Assembly: GCF_018977255.1 (NCBI RefSeq) | Contig: NW_024704742.1 | Location: forward strand, 77,316,001-77,380,000 | DNA length: 64,000 nucleotides | Direction of reading: 5' to 3' | Source of the DNA: Callorhinchus milii | Lineage: Eukaryota | Part shown: positions 1-12,740 of the stretch, in pieces | Layout of the letters: every line of letters begins with the position of its first letter | Numbering within the stretch: the stretch's first letter is position 1 | Position numbers and translations under genes: made by a program | Notes under the pieces: generated by a model | Told to the model about the DNA's origin: nothing | Seen by the model: only the letters and a program-made list of their open reading frames with translations | The model's database searches: none

Positions 1-2594
1 AACAGCAAACTCTTCAGCAATGACAACAGTAACAATCGCTAGCATTGGGATGAAAACCGATTTTCATAACAGAAGTTTGATGTCAGAACATCAAATCTAA
101 TGTGAAAAATTGTTTTTCCCACATGGTTGTCCTATTTCACATGAGTTTTGTGAGTGAGAATGGGCGATTCGTTCAAATTTACAGTGAAGATTGGACATTT
201 GGCAATTTCTCCAAATTTGAGATGAGCTGTTATATGTTCTCGCATATAATTTAATCCAAACAAATTTTGGATTGAGTGAATATAGAAAGTGTGCACAACC
301 ACAGAGGCTTTGCATCTAAAAGTGTTGCTCTTTCCATGGTTTTGTCAAAAGGAAAATTAGGAATTGACAAGATCCCGAAGGCGAGCAGCATCCAGCTTTT
401 GTGAAGTTTGAGCAGGTAGTTCAAGAAGATACAATACAAGGAAGATGCCCAATTGGCAAATAGTTACCCAACTTAGAAATAAATAAAAGGAATTGTTCTC
501 CCTTTCCCTATTTCGCCCCCCCTCCATAAATGCTCAGGTATGTCTCACGGGTAGGATTGAAACAAAGATACTGTTTACACAATGTTCAAGACACTTAGTT
601 GAACTAAACTATTATTTCCTTTTTAATAAAAAAGTGTGGTTGTCTTTTTAAGATGAATACATGCACAAGGATGTTCTCTCCATGTTCTAGGTTGCCCTGC
701 TGTCTTCTATAATGCATTATCTCGATGCACTTTGCTTTGGAAATTCCGTTCTGCAATAGCTGTTCGGCTGTTTTCTGAAAGGTGGTTGTGCACATACTTT
801 TCTTGTTCATTTCTCTCCCCAATGTATTTCTCAAAGCCTCCGTGCTGATTTATAAAGGTGTATCAGCGTGGTGCCAGTGTTTCTCGGTAATAGTAAATAC
901 TAAATTCATATATATTTGCAAGGCCTGAATCCTCACAATACTCATATCATTGTTTGTATAACTGGTGGCAGTACAGTTACTTGGGGGGGGGGGGGGTTGT
1001 TGCTTGTGTGAGCAAAATGCAACGTCATCATGTGTTTCTTCAATGCTTTTAATGAATGGATTGAATAAAGAGTTTTTCCGGATTTCCGCAAGTCTTCGTA
1101 TTAAGAACTTGATTTTTTTTAAAAAAACGCCAACTTTTTACGACAACTTTTTGCACAATCTTAAATTTTAAGGGGAAGGGTTAAGACCAGGAGGATTTTC
1201 AGGCCTCAAATCATCAGAAAATGTTTTCACTTGATTGTATGTAGGAAATTCAAGGACCAGAAATACTGTATTTTTTAGTCTAGGACCTTGAGGCAGTTGA
1301 CATGGGAAATTGGGTGAATAACATACACCCCCAACATGGGAAATAACAGGCATAGACACAAGTATGCCTGATTAAAATTATTGTATCTTGCATGAGCTCG
1401 CAAATATCTCCTTCTTACTACCACAAGCAGCTGTTGAAATTGGGCTCAAACCCCATATGAAGTTTATGTTGAGCCACAGATTAAAATCTGACCACTGTGC
1501 TGAGAAGAGGCAATGCAAAACGTAATTTTCTCTCAAATGCCAATTTCTGCAGTAGTGGTGGAAAGAAGTTGGCGACTTTGAGAACAAGGAAGGGCTGTGG
1601 GTCTGTTGCAATTAATTATACTCTTGCATTTCCTTCAACACAGTGTGGAAACGCATGGTACAACGTTCCAAAAATAGAGTCGAAGGGAATAATTGCAGCA
1701 AAAGACATTTGTGCCAGCACAGCAGTTTTGAAAGTCTAACTTACAATATTTCGGAATAAGAAATATTTAATTATTGAGCTGCTAACGCATCAAATTTGTA
1801 ATTGTCACATTTATAAATATCAAAGATTTCTTCAGCAAATTAGATATTCGCTTTAGAAATTTGATGATTCACCCATTTCTTATTAAGAAAAATGATAAGA
1901 AATACCGCATATGAGATCGCCTCAGTTCATTCACTTTGGTGACTGCATTTTCATGACAGCTTCATGTGCTACGTGGAGCTTCGCTTTGTGCTGCGGTCTT
2001 TTGAGCAACCTGGGAGTGAGGAAAAAGAGACCATATCCATCTCTTCACAGAGAGATGTTTCTCCTGGCTCATTCACAGAGCAGCTCTAACAGTGTTAGAA
2101 GAATTTCCACAAAATAGAATTATCCCTTACACTCCTATTTCGAAGTAGCATACAAAAACACACGCTCAAACCATAGTGTAACGCTTGGGTCAATAATATG
2201 CTGCTGCAGATTTTCTTTGCAGTTAATATTCCTATATTAATGGATTTTTTAATTTGGTTTTAAAAAAATTAAGAATCTTTTTTTAACACAGGCCTTTAGC
2301 ATTTCTTTTAACGAAATGAAAGTCATTATTTTTCTTTTTGAGTTTGGCATTTTGCTCAGTATACATTTACCAACAGCAATGATGGCTTGACCAGACTTAA
2401 CATTCTCGCCTATTGTAAACCCCTGCAAGTAAGACAGGGCAGGTCTCTCACCGAATCTATTAACTCTACCGAAGGTACAGAGTAAAGCAATCCTACGCTT
2501 GAAACTTGCACCACATGAAATAGCATGACTTTGTTCTTTTCAAACTTCATCCCTTTCCTCTCTCACTATCTCTCTATTTTTCTCAATGAATCAC

Positions 2595-2730
2595 TCACTC
2601 ACACGCAAGCATATACACACAAACATACACACACATGCTGTATATACAAACACACATACACAAAAATACATATATGTACACACACATACAGTACATGAAC
2701 ATACATAGATACACACGCATGCATATAAAC
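2595..2730. repeat. Degenerate (CA/TA)n microsatellite
   Basis: Run of cacacata/tatacaca units; it generates the spurious H/I/Y/T- and C/V/M-rich ORFs at 2595-2889. Confidence 0.9.
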
Positions 2731-2889
2731 AAAGAGTTTGCACATTCCCCATTATACGACTTTCCAATTAAAATCTTTCGATGTACACGTTTATTAACTC
2801 GGCAACATACACATTTCATATACAATCTGCTCTGTGGGTCCTACTTTTTTTATTTAAAAAAATCCCGAATTTGGTCATTTGTTTCTTAG

Positions 2890-3101
2890 GGGGGCATGAC
2901 TGGCATCACAAGAGTGCAAGGGCTTTGCAAAAGGGCTTCTTGTGTAAGTGGCACAGGCTGAGTACTGGAGTGGAAGACAATGTCAGGGAAGTAGCCGACT
3001 GATGGCATGACAACCTAAATCAAACAAACTAAAGGGAAATGCTGCAAAGCCTCGAGTCAGGAGATCCATGCGTAAGGGGTGCTTCGGATCCTTTATTCGC
3101 A
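2890..3101 (+). other. Candidate exon with initiator ATG (MLQSLESGDPCVRGASDPLFA), unidentified gene
   Basis: Acceptor-like tttgtttcttag ends at 2889; ATG at 3039; 21 open codons to GCA|gtgagt (3101/3102); alternative in-frame donor TGC|gtaagg (3071/3072); CpG-enriched unique sequence follows. Peptide not recognised. Confidence 0.3.
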
Positions 3102-3610
3102 GTGAGTTGGGCGGCAGCGCAGTAAAATCGTATCATTTTTGTTTTAAAAAAAATCGTCGCAATCTGCCGAGCACGGAATCCTTGTTTTTTGTGCCTGTGT
3201 GTTTGTGCCATTGATTTGCGAACCACCATTTTGCTCTTCTCATGCCAAGTGAGATTAAGGCACGAGCGCGGAGCCAGTAATGGTTGCCAGTTGAACTGGG
3301 CTTGGCATCGAAAGCTGATTGTCTCCGTGTACGATGCCTGTGATTCGTTGGCTGGCATCTGCAATGCAGTGAAGAATACTGAAAAGTTTTTTTTTTGACC
3401 GCTGCTGTTCCTAAGCTGTGCGTTTTTGCCACAATTAAGAGTACATTTTATGTTTATATTTAAAAAGAAAGAGCTTTAACAAAACTCCCCCTTTTTTAAA
3501 AAAAAGTCTGTGGTCTCAGCGTCAGAATAGTTACAAAAAGTGCGGTACAAACGAAGGACTGGTCTCGCATTTCAATGCGTTTTTTTCTCTCGCTTTCCCC
3601 CCGTTGTTTC
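3050..3610. promoter_or_regulatory. CpG-enriched, repeat-free block (promoter/enhancer-like)
   Basis: Roughly two dozen CpGs in ~550 bp against a CpG-depleted background; NFI half-sites (TGCCAA, TTGGCA) and a YY1-like CCATTTT. Confidence 0.45.
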
Positions 3611-4774
3611 CTTCAGTCACAAGAATATAATTTTTTTGTTCAATTTTGTGGATTTAAATTATCTAAAATTACAACATTATGAGTTTGATTTAGTTAAAAG
3701 GAACTTGTTATCTTGCCAGTCCTATCTAGGCCCGGTCAGCAGATTGGATCACATTCAAGTTGATAACACCGGCTGGCTTTCTGAGTCAGGACTGCTTCTT
3801 CCTTTGATGTAATGAGGGGCAGTACAGTACCTTACCAGAGAGCAATGCTTAGGGCAGGGCAGAAAAAGAATGTTTCGTTTGATTTATAAAAACAAACCTT
3901 GGCTTTTGTTTCCTGTCTAAAACTGAAACGTGAACCACTCGGATCATTTGTAAATTGGACGACGGTTGAATTAAAGAATAAGACACAATACGGATTTGTA
4001 TTTGAAACTTTGTATTTGTGTAAATGAATTTGATGAGAAAAGTGATTATTGTAACACAGAGTGCAAACCCAAGCAAAGTTGCATCTTTAGCCACTGTCTT
4101 TGGTAGATGTCTTGGCTGAGGCTATTGTGTGCATGTGTGTGTAATGGGGGAGAGGGATTTTGTTATGACCCTAAGCTGAAACATTTGTGTTGTACTTTAT
4201 TTTGTAATTTGTCATTTACTTCAGACATTCAGTGAAGCACAGTATTCACCTATAGACCAAGAATCCTGCCTGGAATCTGCTTTTGGAAACTGCTAACATT
4301 GAGCATTGACAGTTGATGTTTTATCCCTTTTGTTCTATAAACATTGTGCAGATCCTGCCCTTTTAACATGTGCGTTGTCCAATTTATTATAGCGGATACA
4401 GTGAAAATCCTTCAATGTTGGCCTGCCCAATTTGTCCATGTTGCCTGACAGGTTGCTAATGACAGGTTTGACTGAATTTCTTTCACTCCCTTTTGCTTGG
4501 AATAATAATAATAATAACCCTTGCATTTGATATAGCGCCTTATCATGTCTTCAAGATGTCCCAAAGCGCTACACAGAATATACTGTAAAGTGAATTGACT
4601 ATATTTTGTGGGCGGAATAGGTTAACTTTAACCTGAAAATTCAAAGATCTCATATCCTTAAATATAAATCATAAAGGATCAAGTGTTATAGAGAACTTGT
4701 ACAGTGGCTAGCACAGACAAATGGATGAAAGTTTCTTCAGTCTGATAGCTCTAAGGATATTGTCTGACATGTTT

Positions 4775-5192
4775 ATAATAATATATTTAATATAGCACCT
4801 TTCATGTCAGGAGGACATCTCAAAAGGCTTAACAGGATTTACTGTAAAGTGTAATGACTTTTGTAGGCTGACTGATAGCCAATTTGCACACAGTGATAGA
4901 CCACAAACTGCCATGAAGAGAATGACCCATTTTATTTGGGGATTGTTGACCAGGACACCTGCAGAAACACCCTTCTCTTTTCGAATCATGTTATCTGACC
5001 TTCAATATCCAACTGAACAGGCAGATGGGTCCTCAGTTTAGCATCTCAGTCAAAAGACAGCACCTCCAACAATGCAGCAACCCCACCCCCCCAGCAATGC
5101 ACTGGAGCATCATCCTAGACTGTATGATTTCAATGTCCTGATGTGGGGCTTGAACCCACAATCTTCTGACTCAGAGGCAAAAGAGCCAGGCT
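4775..5192 (-). mobile_element. Deu-domain SINE (SacSINE1/AmnSINE1-like), degraded
   Basis: Contains ctgaacaggcagatgggtcctcagtttagcatctcag...cacctccaacaatgcagc...gcttgaacccacaatcttctgactcagaggc, the reverse complement of a Deu-SINE head and core as I recall the consensus, plus the shared 3' tail. Confidence 0.75.
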
Positions 5193-5523
5193 TCTAGATG
5201 AATTCTAAAATGCGATTGATTATCAAATCTGTTATAAACCATTCCATTTTTCACTCTTCTTGCTTGATAAACAGCTTCTTTATATAAATTGACAAACATG
5301 ATCTAACAATGTGCCATTTCTGTCAATTTTCATTCATTCACAAAAAAGTTGTTGCAATTTACAATAAAATCCTGTGAAGCAGTTTGCAATGAAAAGTTTC
5401 CCAACGTGAAAGGTGCTATATCAAATTTAAGGATTATTATTTTGGGGTCTTTTGGGGAATAAGTTCACCAGGGTTTAGATTTACTTGATTTTATGTAGCA
5501 TTTCAGAGCATGCAAACTTTGGC

Positions 5524-5620
5524 AAATTGTTGAATTCAGTCTTAACTTTGAAGTTTATTTTCCGTGGTCATAAGAGAATGTACAGGAAATAGGTGTCAAA
5601 ATTATGACTATTGAAGAGTT
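5524..5620. repeat. Palindromic dispersed element, copy A
   Basis: Arms 5524-5563 and 5585-5620 are imperfect reverse complements and match copies at ~9.4, 12.9, 50.2 and 63.55 kb. Confidence 0.65.
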
Positions 5621-7249
5621 CATTTAACTTTGGAAGCATTACCCAGTGAAGAAAATAGAATAAATCTAGACCCAGGTACAATTTCTACCCCCGTTTTATG
5701 ACCTATTGCCAGACTTAGTTAAAACAGCTTTATTGTGGCACCTTTTGCTCATTGATCTGTTTTGCGCATCAGGAATCTTGCTAGAGAGAAGAGAAGATGT
5801 TTGATATAATGTTTCAAGGAGTTGCATGTCTTAATGAGTGGTGGCACTGGTAAAATTGCAACTCTACCACAAAGAAACAATCGAACATTGTTAGCTGTTC
5901 TTTTAAGTATAAAATGTAAACTAAGGAGGAGCTGTGCTCTTGCCCCTGGCAGGTTGAATGTTTTAAATATCTATACCTCCACATTGTTACCTTCCTGAAT
6001 CTTGCTCTGTATTCCACAGTTAGGGTGATAAACTAAGATGACTGTCACATAAGTTATTCGTGCTGTTCTCCAGCGACACGGGACCAGTGGGGATAGCAAT
6101 GGTCCAGTATAGGAGAAAACCATCAGCCTGTATTGTGCATTGAAAGTAAAAGCTGTCATTTAAAAAAACACTTTCCCTTAGAGGAATTGCAACAGAAAAT
6201 GATGATCTTCCTTCTAAATGTTATAGAAGAGCTTTTCAGTTGCTAGCCACTGGAAATGTTCAGTACCCATTCAGTGAGACCTTTCCTTACATCGCTGTGC
6301 TCAAATCGGCAGCGGTGTTTGACTACAAAATATACGATTATTATACTTTATGATAATTCTATGAAGACCTTTGAGGCGTCCTCCAGACAGGAAAGGCGCT
6401 ACATCAAATGCGATGATTATTATCATTGGCCATTTTTAACTGTTTCCGTTGTGATGTTCCAATGTCCCAGATATATCATTTTTCATTTGTTACAGCTCGT
6501 TCACAGCAGATTTATGGGGCCTGCTCTCTAGCTCCTTGCTTTAAAGTCAGGACCCTGCAATGCAAAGCACTGTGTCTTGTGGAGTTTAATTGACCAGAGC
6601 TGATTTGTTAAAAACAGATCGATCGTGTCCACATTCAGCCTTGAGCCTGGTGCTACCTGAAGCCCTTGACCTCTGCTGTCTGGGTCACAGAACGGCTGCT
6701 AACCGCTTGACCTTTCCATTGTTAGTTGTGTCACCATTTCCTTCAATTCTGTGTGGGGATTGCTAACACAGGGGTCACTGCTCTAGCGTTCCAACCCAGT
6801 GGAGTGCAAACTTCCCTTGGGAGCATTTGTGCTGCTGTTTTATATGATTTGGCTGAAGCGTTTGCTTTCTTTTGGATGTTGACTGACTTGCGGACAAATT
6901 AGCAAGCTTCCCCAGAGTCTTGAATGTCACCAAGAGCCTTCCTCAGGGTTATTCCAGATAACGTGCATCCAAGACCCATGTGTTGAGAATACTATGAAGT
7001 AAATCTTCCCCATTCAGGGAATGTAGCTGAACAAAACAATGCAGGGCATATTTGCTGCACTGGTAAAGAGCAAATTTAAATTTAGGACTCACAACACTTA
7101 AGACTTTCTTTTTTTGAAAAAAACACAAGGGTATTTCAATCTGGACAATATCACAACTGACTACTGCATTCATTTCCAACTCTAAACCTGTGCTCTCTTC
7201 TACTGTCTTGGTGCATTCTAAAGTAATGTTTGCATAAAGCGTTTACAGT

Positions 7250-7400
7250 CCAACCCCATTTAAAATTGTATACACCTCCATAAGATCCACTCTGAGATGT
7301 CTTCTCTTAAGAGCCCAGGTTGTCTAACTGTTGCTCATAGCTCATCCCTCTATCACTGGGGTCATCCTTATTACTCTCCTTTGCACCCCTCTAGGTGATT
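7250..7400 (-). mobile_element. Old CR1 LINE ORF2 fragment
   Basis: gcccaggttgtctaactgttgctcatagctcatccctc...ctcctttgcacc is the reverse complement of a VQRR...SYE.LD.LG-like CR1 segment. Confidence 0.55.
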
Positions 7401-7444
7401 GGCAGCCCTCACCCATTATATCACAACCAGAACATCATACATGA

Positions 7445-7592
7445 CAAACAACAAAAACAATAACAAGCTGCATTTATATAGGGCCCTTCACACAGGATAG
7501 CATCTTGATGTTGGGGTTGGACACCAAGTGAGGGAAAGGGGGCAGGGGGAGCTGACCAGAGGACGGTCGAAAAGGTAAGTCTTATGGTTGTT
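7445..7592 (-). mobile_element. L2 LINE 3' end
   Basis: (CAA)n tail followed by gcatttatatagggcccttcacacaggatagcatc; matches the reverse complement of the L2 3' ends at ~45.65 kb and ~42.9 kb. Confidence 0.65.
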
Positions 7593-7599
7593 AGTTTAA

Positions 7600-8155
7600 A
7601 GCTAAAGTACAGTGTTCAGTTCTGGGCACCACATTTTAGGAAGTATGTCAAGGTGTTGGAGAGGGTGCAAAGGAGATTTACCAGGATGGTACCAGGAATG
7701 AGGGACTTCAGTTATCAGGAGAGGCTAGAGAAGCTAGGATTATTCTTCTTGTGGCAGAGAAAGTTAAGAGCAGACTTAATAGAAGTTTTCAAAATTATGA
7801 ATGATTCGATAGGGTGAACAAAGATAAACTATTTCCACTGGCAGGTGGGTCGGTAACCTGAGGGCACCAATTTAAAAACAGTTGTTACAAGAAACAGAGG
7901 GGAGGGGAGGAGAAATTTTTTCACGCAGCGAGTTGTTTGGATCTGGAATGCGTTGCATGAAAGGATGATGGAAGCCGATTCGATAACAACTGTTAAGAGA
8001 GAAATAGATAATTATTTGGGGAGGACAAGTTTGCAGAACTATGAGGAGAGAGCGTGGGAGTGGGATTGATTTAGATGACTCTTTTCAAAGAGCCGGCACA
8101 GACACGATGGGCCGATGGCCTCCTTCTGTGCTGTATGATTCTTTGATCCTATGAA
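7600..8155 (+). mobile_element. CR1 LINE 3' fragment (ORF2 C-terminus and 3' UTR)
   Basis: Translates YSVQFWAPHFRKYVKVLERVQRRFTRMVPGMRDFSYQERLEKLGLF, a typical CR1 ORF2 C-terminus; ends in the gatgggccgatggcctccttctgtgctgtatgattct CR1 tail. Confidence 0.93.
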
Positions 8156-8873
8156 ACATGGGGCAAGGTTGAGCAATAGATAGTCTTTCTGAACCTATGT
8201 TGACTGTCATTTATCCATCCGTGTTACCTGTGATTTATTGGGAAAGCGAAGGTGTGAGTAAGGTGTGAGTGTGAGGAAGAGATGATATCATTGGGAAAGG
8301 GTGTTAGCGTGGGAGGGGGAGAGGGCATGAGCATTGGGGAAGACGCTGTTAGCGTTAGAGGGGAGGGGGCTTTGGCGTGGGTGAGGGGTGGCAAAGGGCC
8401 TGCCCACCCCATGCAGTCTGACCCCTCCTCATGTTGTCTGACCCCCACTGGGACCCCCTTTCTGCCCTACCTGAGTGTGTGTCCCGGGGGAGGGGAAGAG
8501 TGACAGCATTGGTGATGGTGGTGGGGGGAGGTTCTGAGTAAATGAGCCGGTGATTTTATCAGTCAATTTAGGTGGCATGTGACAGGGAAGGGGCCTGGGA
8601 GGGTGTTGGAATCTTACATTTGTGGGTGAAGTGACCGTGTGTTAATCAACAGTTTTTCATCTGCAACCATTTGCCACCTGGTGGAGTTTAACATTGTTTG
8701 GTTTTGTTTTGCAAATAAAATAAGTCATACGCCTGGTGGAGTCTGAGGATTGCATCAGCTGTGGAACAGCATCTAAACTCCAAGGTAACCTTTGGCTATG
8801 TTGTGCTGAGTTGCGTCACCCCAATGTTGTGATGCAGCCTCATCCCAACCCTCAACATTAGGATGATGTGAAA

Positions 8874-9187
8874 GGAGTCCTGTAGCTCAGTGGTTAGAGC
8901 ACTCGCCTTGCAAGAGAGAGACCAGGGTTCGATTCCCGGCAGGGAGAAACCTTGGGCATGTTTCCTTACTCCACACGCCTAATAATAATCCCTCAAGAAA
9001 AAAAACAATAATAATTTGCTCACTCAATCCACGACTGTTTGTGCGACACTGCTGTGGGCAATTGGCTGCCGGGTTTTGCCCACAAAATATACAATCAATT
9101 CACTTTACAGTAAATTGTGTGAAGTGCTTTGAGACATCTAGAAGACATGAAAAGTGCTACATCAAATGCAAGGATTATTATTATTAT
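8874..9187 (+). mobile_element. tRNA-Ala-derived SINE, short subfamily
   Basis: Starts GGAGTCCTGTAGCTCAGTGG (A box), has GGTTCGATTCC B box at 8926-8936, a TGC anticodon-like loop, a Deu-like 3' segment, an L2-like tail and an (ATT)n end. Confidence 0.93.
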
Positions 9188-9363
9188 AACAACACTGACA
9201 CCTTGTGTTATTTTTGGAAGGGGTTGGGAGGAGGAAAGTTATCCATATTCTCACCAAAGATATGGGGCAAGATATGTTGCTAGGATTAGAAATTAGCACA
9301 ATTGTGCAGAAATTTGACTTGCCGCTAGATCAACATAACATTTTAAAGTGTCCAGAAATTGTC

Positions 9364-9459
9364 AAAATTTTAAATATAGTCTTTAATTTTTAAACCTGTG
9401 TTTTTCTGCAAATTATGTTAAGAAAATAGGCTTCAAAGTTAAAACGAATTCAACAATTT
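9364..9459. repeat. Palindromic dispersed element, copy B
   Basis: Arms 9364-9406 and 9421-9459; the right-arm reverse complement aaattgttgaattcgttttaactttgaagcctatttt closely matches the left arm of copy A. Confidence 0.6.
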
Positions 9460-9469
9460 GTGTATCTCA

Positions 9470-9595
9470 TGTGTGAGTCTAATGTGTGTGTGTGAGTGTT
9501 TTGTGTGTGTGTATGTGTGTGCGTGGCTCGAGTATGTGTGTATTTCTGTGTGTGTATGCGTGCGCGTGTTTTGTATGTGTGTGTCACACACATAC
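9470..9595. repeat. Degenerate (TG)n microsatellite
   Basis: Direct inspection. Confidence 0.9.
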
Positions 9596-11379
9596 AAAGG
9601 ATTAACCTGATAGCAGACGGCATTTACAAATTCCTGCCATTTTCTTGAGCTGTATGGTGAATTTGGAGCACGTTGACTTCGATGTAGTTTTGGAACTGTG
9701 GTTTTTGTTGTGGCGCACTAACAAAATGGAGCTTTTTCTCTTCAGTGTAAGCCCCTTTCTCTACCCACCCACCCTCACATGAACAACGTGAAGATTTGTG
9801 CCAAACAAATGAGGTTTGAGCTGAGAGATTGTTGCACTTTCTGAAATAGACACCAGTTCAAATAAAGCCTGACAGGCACAGAAGGAACCGGGCCCCTGAT
9901 CTCATGGTTTTTGGAGTCGATGTGATACATACTCCATTCCTTCTCTTTGGGAAGAACTGCTTTTTTATTTGAGTGCTTAGTTGGAGTTTAGCTGCAAGGC
10001 ACCTCATGGTTTGTGATCAGGAGCATTCAGCTTGGAGGATGGTGGGCAGCCACATTCTTGATCCCATTTCTTGGGGTTATTTGTTTGCCAGGTGGGTTGC
10101 AAGACTAGCCTTAGGTGATGAACACTGACCACTATTTTGTCTGTCCTACAGGGACATGTCTGGCCACCATTTAACATCATCTCCTGGATGGCACACCTGA
10201 GACAAATTGGATTAACCCAGCATCCACAGTGGTCCATGTTGGGGGCATTTATTTTCTTCTTTAGAATGCAAGAGAAAAAATTGTTCTTGGCTTCTCCTTT
10301 TCATTCCTCGGCTCATTTTTGTATGCTTAGTGAATGCTTATTCACTGCCGTCTCAGTCTTTCCTCGAATTGGAGCCCATTTCCCCAGTGAGGCTCTGAAA
10401 GAACGTCTGTAACTCAATTATAGCGTCTCCATTGAGGTATTCAGTGTGTTCCTTGGGAGCCAGCAATTCCTGGAACCTCAGCACATCCTTTACATTGAAT
10501 CCAGAGCCTTGCGTGCAGCTGTCAGACATTTAAGTGATAACTCAGATGTGTGCTGTTTTTGTACTGACATAAATCATGGTTCCACTAAGAAAGGGGAACT
10601 ATTGATTGATCTCATCGAATAATAGAATTTTTATGCCAATTAATAAATGAAGCAAAGAATCTAAGTAAAATAATGGGAAAACAGTTTTGATACTCTGCCA
10701 CTCGTATCTTGGCTCAAGTGCAGCCTTCCTGTTCCGTGCACACTGTAATTGAGAACTGCTTCTCCTGTTTGGAGTTTCGGTGATGCTAAGGCTTTGCTAA
10801 GGCTTTGAACATTTGAGCATTTAGGTAGATTCAAAGGATTTTCTTTCTCTCCTTCCCCAGTAAGTTTCTATTGAAATTATTTTCCAAAACAGAAATGGTT
10901 CAGTGGAAGGCTCCCCCCACCCCCACCCCGATCTGACTAATGTTTACAGATGGTTAGTGACTGGGAGAAAATCAGAGCTACAGTTGACATTTCAATTGAC
11001 ATTTGATAATAATAATAATAATAATCCTTGCATTTGATATAGCGCTTTTCACGTCAGGAGGACGTCCCATTATATTGATGAATATAAAAGAGTAGTCTCA
11101 CATTTTTGCTCCGTTCTACAGGCAGCAAAGAGCAGTTCCCAAAACCGCAATTCATAAGAGCAAGTAGTGCGCTTACTCGATTCTAAAAGATAATTAAAGC
11201 AGCAGCTCTCTGCCATTTCTGAAGCTCACTCATTATGTCTGAGTAGTCAGTGAGTCTTTTCTCAAGACTGTAGCTTTGATAGATTGGGTTGAGAAGTCTG
11301 CATTAGGAAATCCCACCCTTCAGCCATTATGGCTGCCTCTCAGCTATCCCAGGTGGAGAGGGATGAAAGGTCGATCAGA

Positions 11380-11820
11380 GAGCAGGTGCAGAGGACTCCA
11401 CACACAAGGTAAGATCTATGGGAGAGAATCCACAGGAAGAGCAGTCACAGTGGAAGCTGGTGATATTGAGGGATGTTCTCATTGGCTCACAACACTCTTT
11501 GCCCACGTTACATTAAGGGCTACAGCAGTAACCAATGACAGACGTCAAGGTAAAGGTTTCCAGTCCAGCAATATACAGTTGGTATATGAATAATAACTTG
11601 TCAAGCCACAATGGCCTGGGTCAACACACAACTCCTTTGTGATGAATGATTCACCTATTGACTCAACTTTTAGGCATAAAGAGAAGCTCCCAGGATGGTT
11701 CCAGGGAGATGGTAGATATAGACTGCTACCTTGGCTACTTATCTTGCAGGAATCTTTAGGCATTGATTGATGAGGTCTATACCAATGGCATTGTCTAAAT
11801 CAACAGGAACTGTCAAAAAT
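11380..11820 (+). pseudogene. Decayed PIF/Harbinger (HARBI1-like) DDE transposase
   Basis: One frame reads HVTLRA...KGFQSSNIQLVYE**LVKPQWPGSTHNSFVMNDSPIDSTFRHKEKLPGWFQGDGRYRLLPWLL, colinear with the Harbinger motifs HVAIRAP..NRKGFHSINVQLVCD..WPGSxHD..GWLLGDxGYPLxPWL; in-frame stops at 11591-11596. Confidence 0.8.
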
Positions 11821-12462
11821 TCAAGCAAAACATCAAGCAGTTGGACCATTTATGAGTATCCTACATATTAAACATATTCAATATATGATCTTAGCAAGGA
11901 ACCTAAGAATGTGGACATGAATTGTATCCAACACAGCATGGCCTGAGAAATTTTATAAGTAACTGCTTGTGCCACCCATAGGGATGGGAATGGTTGTGGC
12001 AGTGCACTACAGCAGAGGAGAATCAAATGTACGCAGGGATATCAGGGCCGTATCTCACTTTCAATAATGTTCTTCCGACATCTGGAGCCTGGCATCCCTC
12101 ATGGTACCATGGCTCATTTAATCCCAGAGCACAATACTATATAAAACATTTGTAGTACAACAAACAGCAGTGCTGTATGGTGTCTGTTCTGTGTGAGGTG
12201 CAGGTGGTAGCTGAGCTCGCTCTCCAGATGGTTCACGCTGATATGTGAAGGAAATGAAGAAGGAGAAATATCAGTCGTGCATGTAACACCATGTACACCA
12301 TCATCCCATCTATGGACTGAACATTATAATGCACATACCCAATCCACAGCATCACCAAACAGTTTGTAGAATCATTGGAAATACACAGAAGTCCCGATAA
12401 TTCAACCCCGTTTTAACTTTTCATTACCACTTCAGTCATCAAGTTGTCAATATCCTGAACGC

Positions 12463-12530
12463 ATTCATTCATTCATTCATTCATTCATTTATTGATTTAT
12501 TGATTTATTGATTTATTGATTTATTGATTT

Positions 12531-12572
<42 letters not shown>

Positions 12573-12598
12573 ACATGCATGCATGCCTGCATACATAC
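12463..12598. repeat. Compound microsatellite (ATTC)n-(ATTTATTG)n-(ATTG)n-(ATGC/ATAC)
   Basis: Direct inspection. Confidence 0.95.
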
Positions 12599-12740
12599 AC
12601 CTAACTCACCACTCAATATAATTCGTCATTGAACCCTTTTCCCTTGGAGTGACAGTTCAATTTAACAGTGGTTTACTGTACATTATAGCAGTGAACTGAC
12701 TTTGATATTTTATTTTTCAAATACTTGTCAAATTTTCTTT

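Noticed and set aside
3255..3280. miRNA seed-like matches (TAAGGCACG like miR-124; also TGAGGTAG near 32439, AACATTCATT near 33934, TCTTTGGTT near 60658)
   Set aside because: Matches stop after 8-10 nt and I see no pre-miRNA hairpin.
3836..3847. 12-nt minus-strand microexon (ttctgccctgccctaag|CATTGCTCTCTG|gtaagg) with upstream UGC motifs
   Set aside because: Weak AAG acceptor, opposite strand to the better candidates, and no other support.
8874..8945. tRNA-Ala(TGC)-like gene (also at 15.4, 20.0, 27.05 and 48.07 kb)
   Set aside because: These are SINE heads: there is no proper acceptor stem, and each continues into a SINE body and (ATT)n tail.
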